Shown here piece by piece: positions 43,401 to 52,102 of a DNA stretch of 64,000 bases. A program made the position numbers and the translations under genes. Where the stretch lies: NCBI GenBank assembly GCA_051251915.1, contig JBPOGF010000008.1, positions 96,306 through 160,305 of the forward strand. The letters are read 5' to 3'. The notes beneath the pieces are model-generated. The model saw nothing but the letters and a program-made list of their open reading frames with translations. It was not told the DNA's origin and did no database searches. How positions within the stretch are numbered: position 1 is the first letter of the stretch; every line of letters starts with the position of its first letter. Source of the DNA: Akkermansiaceae bacterium. GTDB taxonomy: Bacteria; Verrucomicrobiota; Verrucomicrobiia; Verrucomicrobiales; Akkermansiaceae.

Positions 43401-43760
43401 GTCACCATGCCATCGTCAAACGAAGAACATCAACAATGGAAAAAACAATTTGAAGCAGAGCAAAGCGCCAACTGGAAAGAATACGCCCTCACTACCTTCA
43501 AGCAAAACTGCGCCAACTGCCACGCCATCGAAACCAAAGCAGTAGGACCAGCCCTCAAAGGCCTCTTCGGATTGAAACACAAAGTCACCTCAGCCGATGG
43601 CTCCACTAAAGAAACCATCGTCGATGAAGATTACCTCAGACGCGCCATCACAAACCCCACCGCTGAATACCCACAAGGCTACCAGCCCATCATGCCAGCC
43701 ATGCCCCTATCAGATAAAGAAGTCGACGCCCTAGTCCGCTGGATCAAGGAAATGAAATAA
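40431..43760 (+). CDS. PVC-type heme-binding protein (SGNH-like domain, beta-propeller dehydrogenase-like domain, HEAT region, cytochrome c)
   Basis: Signal peptide; DGQHLN; NPLQMQFD..GRLWV, EDTDGDGKAD, FRPSDIRFGPDGALYVTDFY..IIGHAQH; C-terminal CANCH...GPAL...MPAM. Confidence 0.82.
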   Translation: MNNMKHNAILLTLLAGLCTSSHAAPKAAKAPAKKNSSSLADVQIANNGLTVMYGNAIIEKLQEEGTFETYMQSASNGKKIQFRSLAYTGDQVGFRIRATKFGLHLAYLLDQWKANRVLMAFGSNESYAGAAGLAEFETQLSDYLTLIKDRHGKSDFILVSPIAAEKASKLTGPDHTKRNADIKLYTDAMAKIAAKHKVKFVDLYTPTLKLFSNTDNIYTIDGQHLNDKGSQQVGKIFAGVLIGDTKLNSINPDSEGFQATKKLIQRKHTEVAQAYHPSNGISYYGLRARSYEYNTEIPHFLKLANILDTAIWKQSQNTTTALAFPKLPILKIDVKSKKPKNGLGVIKKSEDDLKDFQLAKGFSINCFASSEDYPELINPLQMQFDPQGRLWVCCFASYPHPLPGTVANDTILIFEDTDGDGKADKRTVFAHDLLLPDGFVFYKKGIVASVSKKLIYLEDTDGDSVADVRQEVLRGFDNSDTHHSGYLARSPHGDIIMSEALFHRGQFETLHGVVHTKDTSIMSFDMDSRKITVERQTESPNPWKVTFNKWGESIQFYGGGQIIDADIHNIATPMGSSAKMELGMPFRYDKGCSATFVESPHFPKEWQGGLLTSHLLSTNEINYTPLKLVNGAYKSAGKKLTIVKSKNKIFRPSDIRFGPDGALYVTDFYYPIIGHAQHSNRDKNRDYANGRIWRITHNDAELINAPSSIEKNADELIQQLKNPFMTARLNTRLALENQPTAEVNTALAKAVKGATKDDLYALELLWLMERQKDFRDTSLIKRLVASSELPIKRAAVRSLRWWADALGSDLPAIVSTLAKESDDRLKISLVGVLSHLQLKDPKWTTYIQQLNAKDETPLAYVKEMAGWKDRPGLAAEYPIAKIDPLAYINNSVWLKNAKAKTGEIYFNSDIPVELILGHKNNPFLNITMNDTPLLIASGSPHSKDSQSNFSAKKGINKLDYSILNSGKYAKKAKDKFEMYLSSITGNKPAGVTMPSSNEEHQQWKKQFEAEQSANWKEYALTTFKQNCANCHAIETKAVGPALKGLFGLKHKVTSADGSTKETIVDEDYLRRAITNPTAEYPQGYQPIMPAMPLSDKEVDALVRWIKEMK

Positions 43761-43784
43761 TTAAAGCCCCACAAACCCACCATC

Positions 43785-44666
43785 ATGAAAATCAACCCAT
43801 TCATCAAAGGCCTAGCCTTTTTCACCATCATCTCTTCATCTGCAATCGCAGAAGAAAAACAGGATAAAAAGCACATCACCATCATCGTAGGCACGCACCA
43901 CTACACCCCAAACCGCTCCATGCCAGTAATGAAAACGGAGCTAGAAAGACTAGGCTTCGAAGTCACCCTCATCAACCCAACCTGGGATCCTGAAAAAGAC
44001 AAACGCGGACTCCCTGGCCTCGATGTCCTCAAAGACACAGACCTAGCCATCTTCTTCATCCGCTGGCTAAAACTAGAAGGCGAGCAATACGACCACATGA
44101 TGAACTACGTCAAAGCAGGCAAACCTGTCGTCGGCCTAAGAACCAGCTCACACGGATTCAATTACCCAAAAGATCATGAAAAAGTAGCCCTCAATAATGA
44201 CTTCGGCATCAATGTTTTCGGCACCCCATACCTCATCCACCTTAAAGGCAAAACCACTCTAAAAGTCGTAGAAAGTGAGAAAAACAACCCCATCCTCACT
44301 GGCATATCCGGCACCTGGGAATCTCCAGGAACCCTATACCTAACCCGACCAGAACCAGGCATCACCCCACTCGTTCTAGGCACTGGAAACTCCAAAAAAA
44401 CAGGTGAAGTCACCAACATGTATGGCAAACACAACCTTACAAAGACGATGACCGACAACATCGCTTGGACATGGGAAAACAAATACGGCGGCAAAACATT
44501 CACCACCACCCTCGGCCACATGGGAGACTTCACCCAGCCAAACTCCATGAGATTAATCGTCAACGGCATCCACTGGGCCACCGACCTCCCCATCCCCTCA
44601 GCAGACACCGAAATCAAAACCCTTGAGTTCAAAAAAGCGAAGCCCAAAACTAAAGCTAAGAACTAG
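43785..44666 (+). CDS. Exported ThuA-like (class I glutamine amidotransferase fold) protein
   Basis: Signal peptide; GKPVVGLRTSSHGF, NPILTG, AWT, FTTTLGH. Confidence 0.75.
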   Translation: MKINPFIKGLAFFTIISSSAIAEEKQDKKHITIIVGTHHYTPNRSMPVMKTELERLGFEVTLINPTWDPEKDKRGLPGLDVLKDTDLAIFFIRWLKLEGEQYDHMMNYVKAGKPVVGLRTSSHGFNYPKDHEKVALNNDFGINVFGTPYLIHLKGKTTLKVVESEKNNPILTGISGTWESPGTLYLTRPEPGITPLVLGTGNSKKTGEVTNMYGKHNLTKTMTDNIAWTWENKYGGKTFTTTLGHMGDFTQPNSMRLIVNGIHWATDLPIPSADTEIKTLEFKKAKPKTKAKN

Positions 44667-44702
44667 TCTAAACCAAATTTGAAGTAACCTCGCTTACTGA
44701 AT

Positions 44703-44743
44703 AAAACCGTCATCCTTTTCACAAAAGGATAGACGGTTTTTTT
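44703..44743 (+). terminator. Rho-independent terminator
   Basis: AAAACCGTCATCCTTTT-CAC-AAAAGGATAGACGGTTTTTTT hairpin with T run. Confidence 0.8.
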
Positions 44744-44800
44744 GTAGCTTTCAAACACACTAGCATCTTCCCATCCACTCCATACTCACCACACCTTATT

Positions 44801-44819
44801 GATAATGATTCTCATTATT
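44801..44819. promoter_or_regulatory. Fur box
   Basis: GATAATGATTCTCATTATT matches GATAATGATAATCATTATC at 16 of 19 positions; upstream of a TonB-dependent receptor. Confidence 0.85.
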
Positions 44820-44823
44820 AATA

Positions 44824-44852
44824 TTGACAGCGTTTTTAAGAAAAAGTATACG
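44824..44852 (+). promoter_or_regulatory. Sigma-70-type promoter for the TonB-dependent receptor
   Basis: TTGACA (44824-44829), 17-bp spacer, TATACG (44847-44852), just downstream of the Fur box. Confidence 0.6.
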
Positions 44853-44903
44853 CCAATAGAATTAATCAGAACACTAACTTGTTCTGATAACTATTATTTA
44901 AAT

Positions 44904-46829
44904 ATGAACTACAAACAACTAACTAACTTATCGTCACTTAGCTTAGTAGCAATGCTAAATCTAAATGCCGTTGCCCAAGAACCAGCCTCTGACACCCATA
45001 AAGATCTAGGGATTTCTGAGGTAACTGCTAACGAAGAAAGCAAAGCAGACAATGTCGTAACTCCTGACGCACTTAAGAGATTGGCTCCCTCCACCCTGAA
45101 TGGCATATTCAAACTCAGTCCAGAAGTGACCGTAAACGGCGGCAGACCACAAGCTCAGCAAATTTTCGTAAATGGCCTAGAAAGCAGCTTGAGTAATGTG
45201 ACCATTGATGGAGCTTCTCAGGGCTCAGTATATCACCATACTGCCAGTATATTCATTGAGCCTGAGCTACTCAAACAAGTAGAAGTTTTCGCAGGAGCAG
45301 GAAATGCACTACAAGGACTAGGAGCTCTCAATGGAGCACTCAGCTTCGAAACGAAAAACGCATTTGACCTGCTCGACGGTGGACAACGCTTCAAAGGAAT
45401 CACCAAAGGATCATACTTCGGAAATGGTGATGGCTATAAAGCTTCACAGACCTTTGCCCTAGGACTAACAGATGAGTGGGGAATACTTCTTTCAGGTGGA
45501 TACACTGACAGAGATACCTACGAGGACGGTGACGGAAATGAAGTAGAGCTTACCGATTATGCATCTAAAAATACACTATTCAAGCTGTCAGGTAGACTAG
45601 ACAACGGCCACAGCTTAGACTTCGGATACGAATACAATACCAGTAATACATTTGCCTACGATAGACTCAACGTAACAGGCGGCTACCTCATAGATCTAGG
45701 CCGCGATCCAGGCATCCTTCAGAGAAATAACCTCTCTAGAGAAACATTCACATTTAGACACGGATTTGCACCAAGTAACAATGATTACATCAACTTACAA
45801 ACAGATCTATATCTTAATAATCAAGAGCTAGAACGAGAAACAACGGGTGATTACACTAAGTTAAGAACATTAGGGTTCACGGTCAAAAACACCTCCATCC
45901 TAGCTGACCAGTTCAATAGCACTTACGGCATAGACTACAAATACTCTAAAAATGATGTCGTTAACCCATACTCAGGCGCCACAAACGAAGAAGAAACTGC
46001 TTACGGGTTCTTTATTCAAAATGACTGGGACTTCTATGATAGGATGACTCTAACATTTGGTGGTAGGTATGATAACTACGATTACGATGATATTGCTGGC
46101 ACAAACATTGAATCATCAAGATTCAGCCCAAATGCAACGCTCATCTATCAACCTACAGATGAACTCGAGTTCACAGCAGGATACGCTGAAGCATACCGTG
46201 GTGTAGGCATTCGTGAAGCATTCATCCCTGCCGAAAAACCAGCAGATCTTGATGGCGAAATAGCAAAGACATACAAGGCTACAGCACGCTACACCAAAGA
46301 AAATTTCTACACATCAGCCAGTTACTTCAACCAAAACATAGACAACTTCATCTACCCACTTGGTGGCGACGTTAGCTACGGAGACGTAGAGAATAAAGGC
46401 TATGAAATCAAAGTTGGCTACCAAAAGGACAAGCTATCCACATCTCTATCAGTCACTGACAACTCACCTGAAGTCAAAGGATATGAATACCTAGATGACA
46501 CCGGTATGGTCATCGCTGGACGTCGTTGGATAGCAGAAGCTAGTTATGAAGTAATCGATAGCACCCTCACAGTCGGCGGTAATGTCGAATACCGTGAAAA
46601 AGTTGACGAAGTTGCATTGGGTAGATTCCCTGCCGTCGCGGAAAAGGACAGCTACGTCCTAGTGAATGCATTCGTAAACTGGGATGTTCAGCAAGTGGAA
46701 GGCCTTTCACTATCACTGAATGTAGACAACCTATTCGACAAACAATACCAAGAGCACACCATCTATACTGCATCTGGCATGGCTAGCCCAGGCAGACAGT
46801 TTAGCATAGGAGCCACATACGAGTTTTAA
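44904..46829 (+). CDS. TonB-dependent outer membrane receptor (FrpB/FetA-like)
   Basis: Signal peptide from ATG 44904; plug motif IEPELLKQVEVFAGAG...GALNGALSFETK..DLL; NLFDKQY, PGRQF; C-terminal Phe. Confidence 0.9.
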   Translation: MNYKQLTNLSSLSLVAMLNLNAVAQEPASDTHKDLGISEVTANEESKADNVVTPDALKRLAPSTLNGIFKLSPEVTVNGGRPQAQQIFVNGLESSLSNVTIDGASQGSVYHHTASIFIEPELLKQVEVFAGAGNALQGLGALNGALSFETKNAFDLLDGGQRFKGITKGSYFGNGDGYKASQTFALGLTDEWGILLSGGYTDRDTYEDGDGNEVELTDYASKNTLFKLSGRLDNGHSLDFGYEYNTSNTFAYDRLNVTGGYLIDLGRDPGILQRNNLSRETFTFRHGFAPSNNDYINLQTDLYLNNQELERETTGDYTKLRTLGFTVKNTSILADQFNSTYGIDYKYSKNDVVNPYSGATNEEETAYGFFIQNDWDFYDRMTLTFGGRYDNYDYDDIAGTNIESSRFSPNATLIYQPTDELEFTAGYAEAYRGVGIREAFIPAEKPADLDGEIAKTYKATARYTKENFYTSASYFNQNIDNFIYPLGGDVSYGDVENKGYEIKVGYQKDKLSTSLSVTDNSPEVKGYEYLDDTGMVIAGRRWIAEASYEVIDSTLTVGGNVEYREKVDEVALGRFPAVAEKDSYVLVNAFVNWDVQQVEGLSLSLNVDNLFDKQYQEHTIYTASGMASPGRQFSIGATYEF

Positions 46830-46852
46830 GACGTAATAATACGTTCATCACA

Positions 46853-46912
46853 GAGTGAGGGCTGAAACACTAGTAAAAAGGTTCATCTGCTAGTGGTTAG
46901 AAGCCCTCACTC
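46853..46912 (+). other. Long intercistronic stem-loop
   Basis: GAGTGAGGGCT pairs with AGCCCTCACTC; inner CACTAGTA pairs with TGCTAGTG; no U-tract. Confidence 0.6.
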
Positions 46913-46959
46913 ATTAAATCCCTAGACATCATCGAACCATATTAATAACAGTTATCACA

Positions 46960-47781
46960 ATGAAACCATCCTTAAAACTAGCAGTATCACTCACCACTAT
47001 ACTCGCAGCTACCAGCAGTTTATCACTAGCACACAGATCATGGCTCTTGCCATCCACCACTATCCTATCAGGAAAAAGCAGCTGGGTGACAGTAGACGCC
47101 GCTATTTCTAACGACCTATTCTACGCTAATCACTATGCTGTTGGAATAGAAGGAATGGTAGTAACAGGACCAGAAGGAAAACCCGTTGAAATCTTAAACA
47201 GCAAAGATGGACGCATCCGCACCACCTTTGATTTTGAAGTTACTAAACAAGGTAGCTACGAAGTAGAATCAAATCGCAGAATGGTCTTCGGCGGATGGAC
47301 AGAAAATGGTAAACAGGAAAAATGGCGAGGTACTCAAGAAGAACTCGAGAAGATTGATTTTACAGGCAAAAAAGAAATTAAACTCACCAGATATTCTATC
47401 AGAAACACCACATACGTAACCAATGGCCAACCAAACCTTACAGCTCTCATACCTGAAAACAAGGGACTCGAACTATCATTCGTAAACACACACCCCAATG
47501 ACCTCGTAACAGGTGAAAAAAACACATTTTGCGTAGTACACAATGGCAAGCCAGCGAAAAATATCACCATCGAAATCCTCCGAGGTAATGATCGCTATCA
47601 CAATGATAAAAAAGCCATCAAACTCACCACCGACGCTGAAGGTAAGTTTTCCTTCTCTGTCAGAACAGCAGGGTCATACTGGATAGAAGGCACTACCGAG
47701 AATAAAGGCAATGACTATAAAGGTAACCCAGTCTCACAAATGGACGCTTTCACCGCGGTCGTTGAAGTCCTCCCTGAATAA
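46960..47781 (+). CDS. DUF4198-family periplasmic (metal-uptake-associated) protein
   Basis: Signal peptide, then HRSWLLPS..., WVTVDAAISNDLF, HPNDL, GKPA, TDAEG. Confidence 0.78.
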   Translation: MKPSLKLAVSLTTILAATSSLSLAHRSWLLPSTTILSGKSSWVTVDAAISNDLFYANHYAVGIEGMVVTGPEGKPVEILNSKDGRIRTTFDFEVTKQGSYEVESNRRMVFGGWTENGKQEKWRGTQEELEKIDFTGKKEIKLTRYSIRNTTYVTNGQPNLTALIPENKGLELSFVNTHPNDLVTGEKNTFCVVHNGKPAKNITIEILRGNDRYHNDKKAIKLTTDAEGKFSFSVRTAGSYWIEGTTENKGNDYKGNPVSQMDAFTAVVEVLPE

Positions 47782-47805
47782 TAGTAGATACTATTAGATC
47801 GATTT

Positions 47806-47843
47806 AAAAACTCAATGAGCCTTCTAGCTCATTGAGTTTTTTT
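47806..47843 (+). terminator. Rho-independent terminator
   Basis: AAAAACTCAATGAGC-CTTCTA-GCTCATTGAGTTTTTTT. Confidence 0.88.
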
Positions 47844-48089
47844 ATGCTCACTACCCAAAATCGACCACACCAAGATTAGCTAACTCTTTAATCAAACCCC
47901 TTGAAACATCGCCAAAATATTTTCGTATTAAAATAGAGCATAAATCAAAGATTCTCTCATTCTCAAAAATAAGAATTTCACTTCACTCTAAAATATGGTT
48001 TTTATAATCATACAGTAGATAAATAGGGAACTCAGCATCGCTAAATTATAAATCGCAGAAAATTTCACACCCAAAAACATACAATCAGC

Positions 48090-49139
48090 ATGGATACATC
48101 CACAATCACCACAGAGCATTCAGCCTCAGCGCCCGTCACTTCAGAAACTACCAGCCTGCCAGCAGACGACGTTGCAGCCATTGACGCTCTGGGCCAATCT
48201 TATCAAGCATTCAAGTCAGAAATTGCTAAGATCATCATCGGTCAGGAAGAAGTTGTGGAGCAGCTCGCCATCTGTCTATTCGCTCGTGGTCACGCACTCC
48301 TCATGGGAGTTCCTGGACTAGCCAAGACATTGCTCGTATCCTCAGTCGCCGAGACCCTCAAGCTCTCATTCAACCGTATTCAGTTCACACCAGATCTCAT
48401 GCCTTCAGATATCACCGGAACCGATATCATTCAGGAAGATGAGCACGGACACAGAGCATTCAAATTCATTAAAGGCCCTATCTTCTCAAACCTCCTACTC
48501 GCAGATGAGATTAACCGTGCACCAGCTAAAACCCAAGCAGCCATGCTAGAGGCCATGCAGGAACGACACGTCACCGCTCTCGGGACCAAATACCCACTAG
48601 CTCCACCATTTTTCGTACTAGCCACCCAGAACCCAGTCGAACAAGAAGGAACCTACCCTCTTCCTGAAGCACAGCTAGACCGCTTCATGTTCCTCATCAA
48701 CGTCGACTACCCTACTGCCGAAGAAGAAAAACGCATCGCCCGTGAAACCACAGGTGCCGCTAAAGACGCCCTCAAAACCGTTCTCACTGGTGAACAAGTC
48801 ATCGAATACCAAGAACTCGTCCGCCGCGTCCCCGTCCCAGATCACATCTATGACTACGCCGTAGAAATCGTCCGCAAAACTCGTCCAGACCTAGACACAA
48901 CTCCAGACTGGGTCAAACAAAACGTAAGTTGGGGAGCCGGCCCGCGTGCCGTTCAGTATCTCATTCTCGGAGCCAAATCTCGCGCTGCCCTCCATGGTTC
49001 ATATCTTGCTCGCATGGAAGACGTCGAAGCTGTAGCTGGTCCAGTACTGGGCCACCGTGTCCTTACAAACTTCGCAGCAGAATCACAAGGTATGACATCA
49101 AATAAAGTCGTAGATCGCCTAGTCCAGGAAATGAGATAA
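48090..49139 (+). CDS. moxR: MoxR-family AAA+ ATPase
   Basis: GVPGLAKT, RIQFTPDLMPSD, LADEINR, ATQNPVEQEGTYPLPEAQLDRF. Confidence 0.93.
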   Translation: MDTSTITTEHSASAPVTSETTSLPADDVAAIDALGQSYQAFKSEIAKIIIGQEEVVEQLAICLFARGHALLMGVPGLAKTLLVSSVAETLKLSFNRIQFTPDLMPSDITGTDIIQEDEHGHRAFKFIKGPIFSNLLLADEINRAPAKTQAAMLEAMQERHVTALGTKYPLAPPFFVLATQNPVEQEGTYPLPEAQLDRFMFLINVDYPTAEEEKRIARETTGAAKDALKTVLTGEQVIEYQELVRRVPVPDHIYDYAVEIVRKTRPDLDTTPDWVKQNVSWGAGPRAVQYLILGAKSRAALHGSYLARMEDVEAVAGPVLGHRVLTNFAAESQGMTSNKVVDRLVQEMR

Positions 49140-49184
49140 CACGTAGTTAGAACCTAACCTACTCAAAGTTAGCTCATCAAACCC

Positions 49185-50081
49185 ATGGATTATTCCTTCA
49201 TAGACTACCAGGTCATCGCTCGCCTCGGTGCCATCCCCATCGAGGCTCGCCAGCCCATGCTGGGAACTGCCGCAGGCCGCCACCGATCACCCCTCCGTGG
49301 GTCATCGGTTGAATTTGCCGAGTACCGTAAATACGTACAAGGTGATGACACCCGTAGACTAGACTGGAAAGCCTACGCAAGATCAGACCGCTACTACATC
49401 AAGGAATTTGAAGCGGATACAAACCTCCGCGCCTACATGTTCGTAGACACCAGCGGCTCCATGGAATTCAGCTTCGAGTCAGAGACCAAAATCGAATACG
49501 CACGCAAACTCGCCGCTACCCTAGCCTACCTAACAGTGGATCAAGGAGACGCAGCCGGACTGTCGCTCGTAAACGAGAAAACTCACCTCGAGATGCCCCC
49601 CCGCCGCAAGGCATCCCACCTCCAAAACATGTTCAAAAACCTCCATGAGATCCAGCCGAAAGGCGAAACCGGACTCATCCAGGGACTCCACGACATAGCA
49701 GAGAAAATCGGTTCACGCGCCATGATCGTAGTCATGTCAGACTTCTTCTGCGACTTAGATGAACTCAAAGACGCACTCCAACATCTACGTCACAAAAAAC
49801 ACGACGTAACCCTCTTCCACCTCATGGACCCGCAAGAAATTGCCTTTGAGTTCGAGCGCCCGCATAGATTTGTAGACATGGAAGACAACACTTCCGTCGT
49901 CGCAGAACCCACCATCATCGCAGAAGAATACCGCGAAGCTGTCCAAGAATTCCTCAGCGAAATCAAATCCACCGCATTCGACGCTAACGTAGCATACCGC
50001 CTCGTTAAAACTGACGAAAACTACGAAGACGTCCTCTCCGAGTTTCTCCTAGATCGCGTCCCGAAAGGAGGGAAACAGTAA
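49185..50081 (+). CDS. DUF58 vWA-like protein
   Basis: GRHRS..RGSSVEFAEYRKY..GDD.RRLDWK, DTSGS MIDAS, SDF. Confidence 0.9.
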   Translation: MDYSFIDYQVIARLGAIPIEARQPMLGTAAGRHRSPLRGSSVEFAEYRKYVQGDDTRRLDWKAYARSDRYYIKEFEADTNLRAYMFVDTSGSMEFSFESETKIEYARKLAATLAYLTVDQGDAAGLSLVNEKTHLEMPPRRKASHLQNMFKNLHEIQPKGETGLIQGLHDIAEKIGSRAMIVVMSDFFCDLDELKDALQHLRHKKHDVTLFHLMDPQEIAFEFERPHRFVDMEDNTSVVAEPTIIAEEYREAVQEFLSEIKSTAFDANVAYRLVKTDENYEDVLSEFLLDRVPKGGKQ

Positions 50082-52090
50082 TGTCATTTCTAAATCAAGC
50101 CATCCTCTGGACGCTCTTCGCCGCAGCCATCCCAGTCATCATCCACCTACTAAACCGACGCAGACACCGCACGGTAAAATGGGCGGCCATGTCCTTTATT
50201 CTCAAAGCCACCAGAGAATCAAGAGGTAAGAAAAAGCTCAAACACATCCTCATCTTATCCGCCAGAACTCTCGCTCTAGCAGCCCTCATCTTCGCCGTAG
50301 CCCAGCCACTCATCGGCGGACTACTTGGTTGGGGTGGTAGTAAATTAGACACTGTCGTCCTCGTCCTTGACCGTTCACTCTCAATGGAGACAGAAACCGG
50401 CACAGAAGGCCTATCCAAGCGCCAACAAGCCATCCAGCAAGTGATGCAAACGCTCAATGAAATGGGCAACCCAAATCTCATCCTAGTAGACTCCGCCAGC
50501 GGAACCCTCACCGAGGTTAACCCCATAGAGACACTCAGCCAGCTATCCATCACCGCAGCCACAGATACCAAGTCCAACATCCCAGACCTCGTAGAAAAAG
50601 CAACCAACTACATCCAGGGCAACCAAACCGGCCAAACAGAAGTCTGGATCGCATCAGATCTACAAAGCAACGACTGGCAACCAGAATCATCCCGCTGGGA
50701 CACCATCCGCACAGGAATTGAAAACCTCCCCCAACAACCAAAACTCCGCATCCTCGCACTCACCGAATCCCAAAAGGACAACGCCTCGATCAAAATCATC
50801 AACATTAAACGTCGCGACAACCTACTCATCCTAGATTTCGAGATCACCCGCACAGACGACACCCGCGAAGCTCTCGTTGACGTCTCATTTAACCTCAACG
50901 GTAAGAACAGCACCAATAAAGAATACTCAGTCAACGGACAGTCTATCACCCTGCAAGAAGAAATCATCTTACCTCGAAACGTCATCAACGGCCACGGATA
51001 CCTCTCACTAGCACCAGATGGAAACAACCGCGACAACACCGCATTCTTCGCATACGGCGAGGCCACACCAGCCCACACCATCATCGTCTCAGAAGGCGGA
51101 ACATCCATCCAATTTCTAGAAAAGGCAGCGGCCCTTCCTGGCTTCAGCCACCAAAGCTCAGAAGTCATCTCACCCCATCAGGTCAGCACCTCTATCCTAT
51201 CTAAAGCCTCACTCGTCATCTGGAAAGCGCAGCTCCCAGACCCAGAGGATGCAGACACCCTCAGCAACTTCATAGAACAAGGCGGCTCCGCCATATTCTT
51301 CCCATCAGATGATGAATCAGACAACCAGTTCCTAGACATCAGCTGGGGAGAAATCCAGTCCGCACCACGCGGCCAATATTTCATCATCTCAGACTGGAAC
51401 CAAAATGACGGCCCACAGCGAAACTACAGCAACGGCGAATCTGTCCCCATGGAAACCCTCCGTAGCATCAAACGCAGAACCATCCGCGGAGACATCTCAT
51501 CCCTAGCTGACTGGGATGATAGCTCCACCATGCTAGGCAGAGTCATCCACGGAAAAGGCACCGCCATCTTCCTCAGCACTTTACCAGAACTACGCTGGTC
51601 AGATCTAGAAATCGGCACCATCTCCGTCCCAGTCATCCAGAACTTACTCAACCTCGGAAACAAAAGATTCGGCTCAGCATTCTTCTCAGAAACCGGACGC
51701 CACACCCCACTAGCAAAACAAGAAGCTGAAATGATCGTCGTCTCAGACAACTCCAAAGTCAACGCAGCCTTCGATGACTCAGACATAAAAAGCACCCCAC
51801 TCTACCTCGCAGGAGTCAAACGCATCAAGGAACGTGTAATCGCCACCAACCGCCCCGCAGAAGAAGACAGCTGGGGCCAGATCGATGATCCAGAACTCGC
51901 CGAAATACTCAAAGGCACCAACTACAGCTTATTCGAAAATTCCGGCAGCGATGACAACTCAGTCACCCAGCAAATCTGGCAAGCATTCCTCGTCGCCGCT
52001 CTCCTCTTCCTCATCATAGAAGCCATCCTCTGCCTTAACAAAAAATCCATCAAGCTCCCCAAGGCAACCACCAAAGCTTCAAAAGCATAG
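50081..52090 (+). CDS. BatA-domain/vWA membrane protein
   Basis: MSFLN...IPVIIHLL.RRR...WAAM.F, DRSLS MIDAS, SDLQ; C-terminal TM helix. Confidence 0.85.
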   Translation: MSFLNQAILWTLFAAAIPVIIHLLNRRRHRTVKWAAMSFILKATRESRGKKKLKHILILSARTLALAALIFAVAQPLIGGLLGWGGSKLDTVVLVLDRSLSMETETGTEGLSKRQQAIQQVMQTLNEMGNPNLILVDSASGTLTEVNPIETLSQLSITAATDTKSNIPDLVEKATNYIQGNQTGQTEVWIASDLQSNDWQPESSRWDTIRTGIENLPQQPKLRILALTESQKDNASIKIINIKRRDNLLILDFEITRTDDTREALVDVSFNLNGKNSTNKEYSVNGQSITLQEEIILPRNVINGHGYLSLAPDGNNRDNTAFFAYGEATPAHTIIVSEGGTSIQFLEKAAALPGFSHQSSEVISPHQVSTSILSKASLVIWKAQLPDPEDADTLSNFIEQGGSAIFFPSDDESDNQFLDISWGEIQSAPRGQYFIISDWNQNDGPQRNYSNGESVPMETLRSIKRRTIRGDISSLADWDDSSTMLGRVIHGKGTAIFLSTLPELRWSDLEIGTISVPVIQNLLNLGNKRFGSAFFSETGRHTPLAKQEAEMIVVSDNSKVNAAFDDSDIKSTPLYLAGVKRIKERVIATNRPAEEDSWGQIDDPELAEILKGTNYSLFENSGSDDNSVTQQIWQAFLVAALLFLIIEAILCLNKKSIKLPKATTKASKA

Positions 52091-52102
52091 TACCCACTAT
52101 AA

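Noticed and set aside
44799..44903. ORF-track N-terminal extension of the TonB receptor
   Set aside because: It overlaps the Fur box and promoter; the signal peptide begins at ATG 44904
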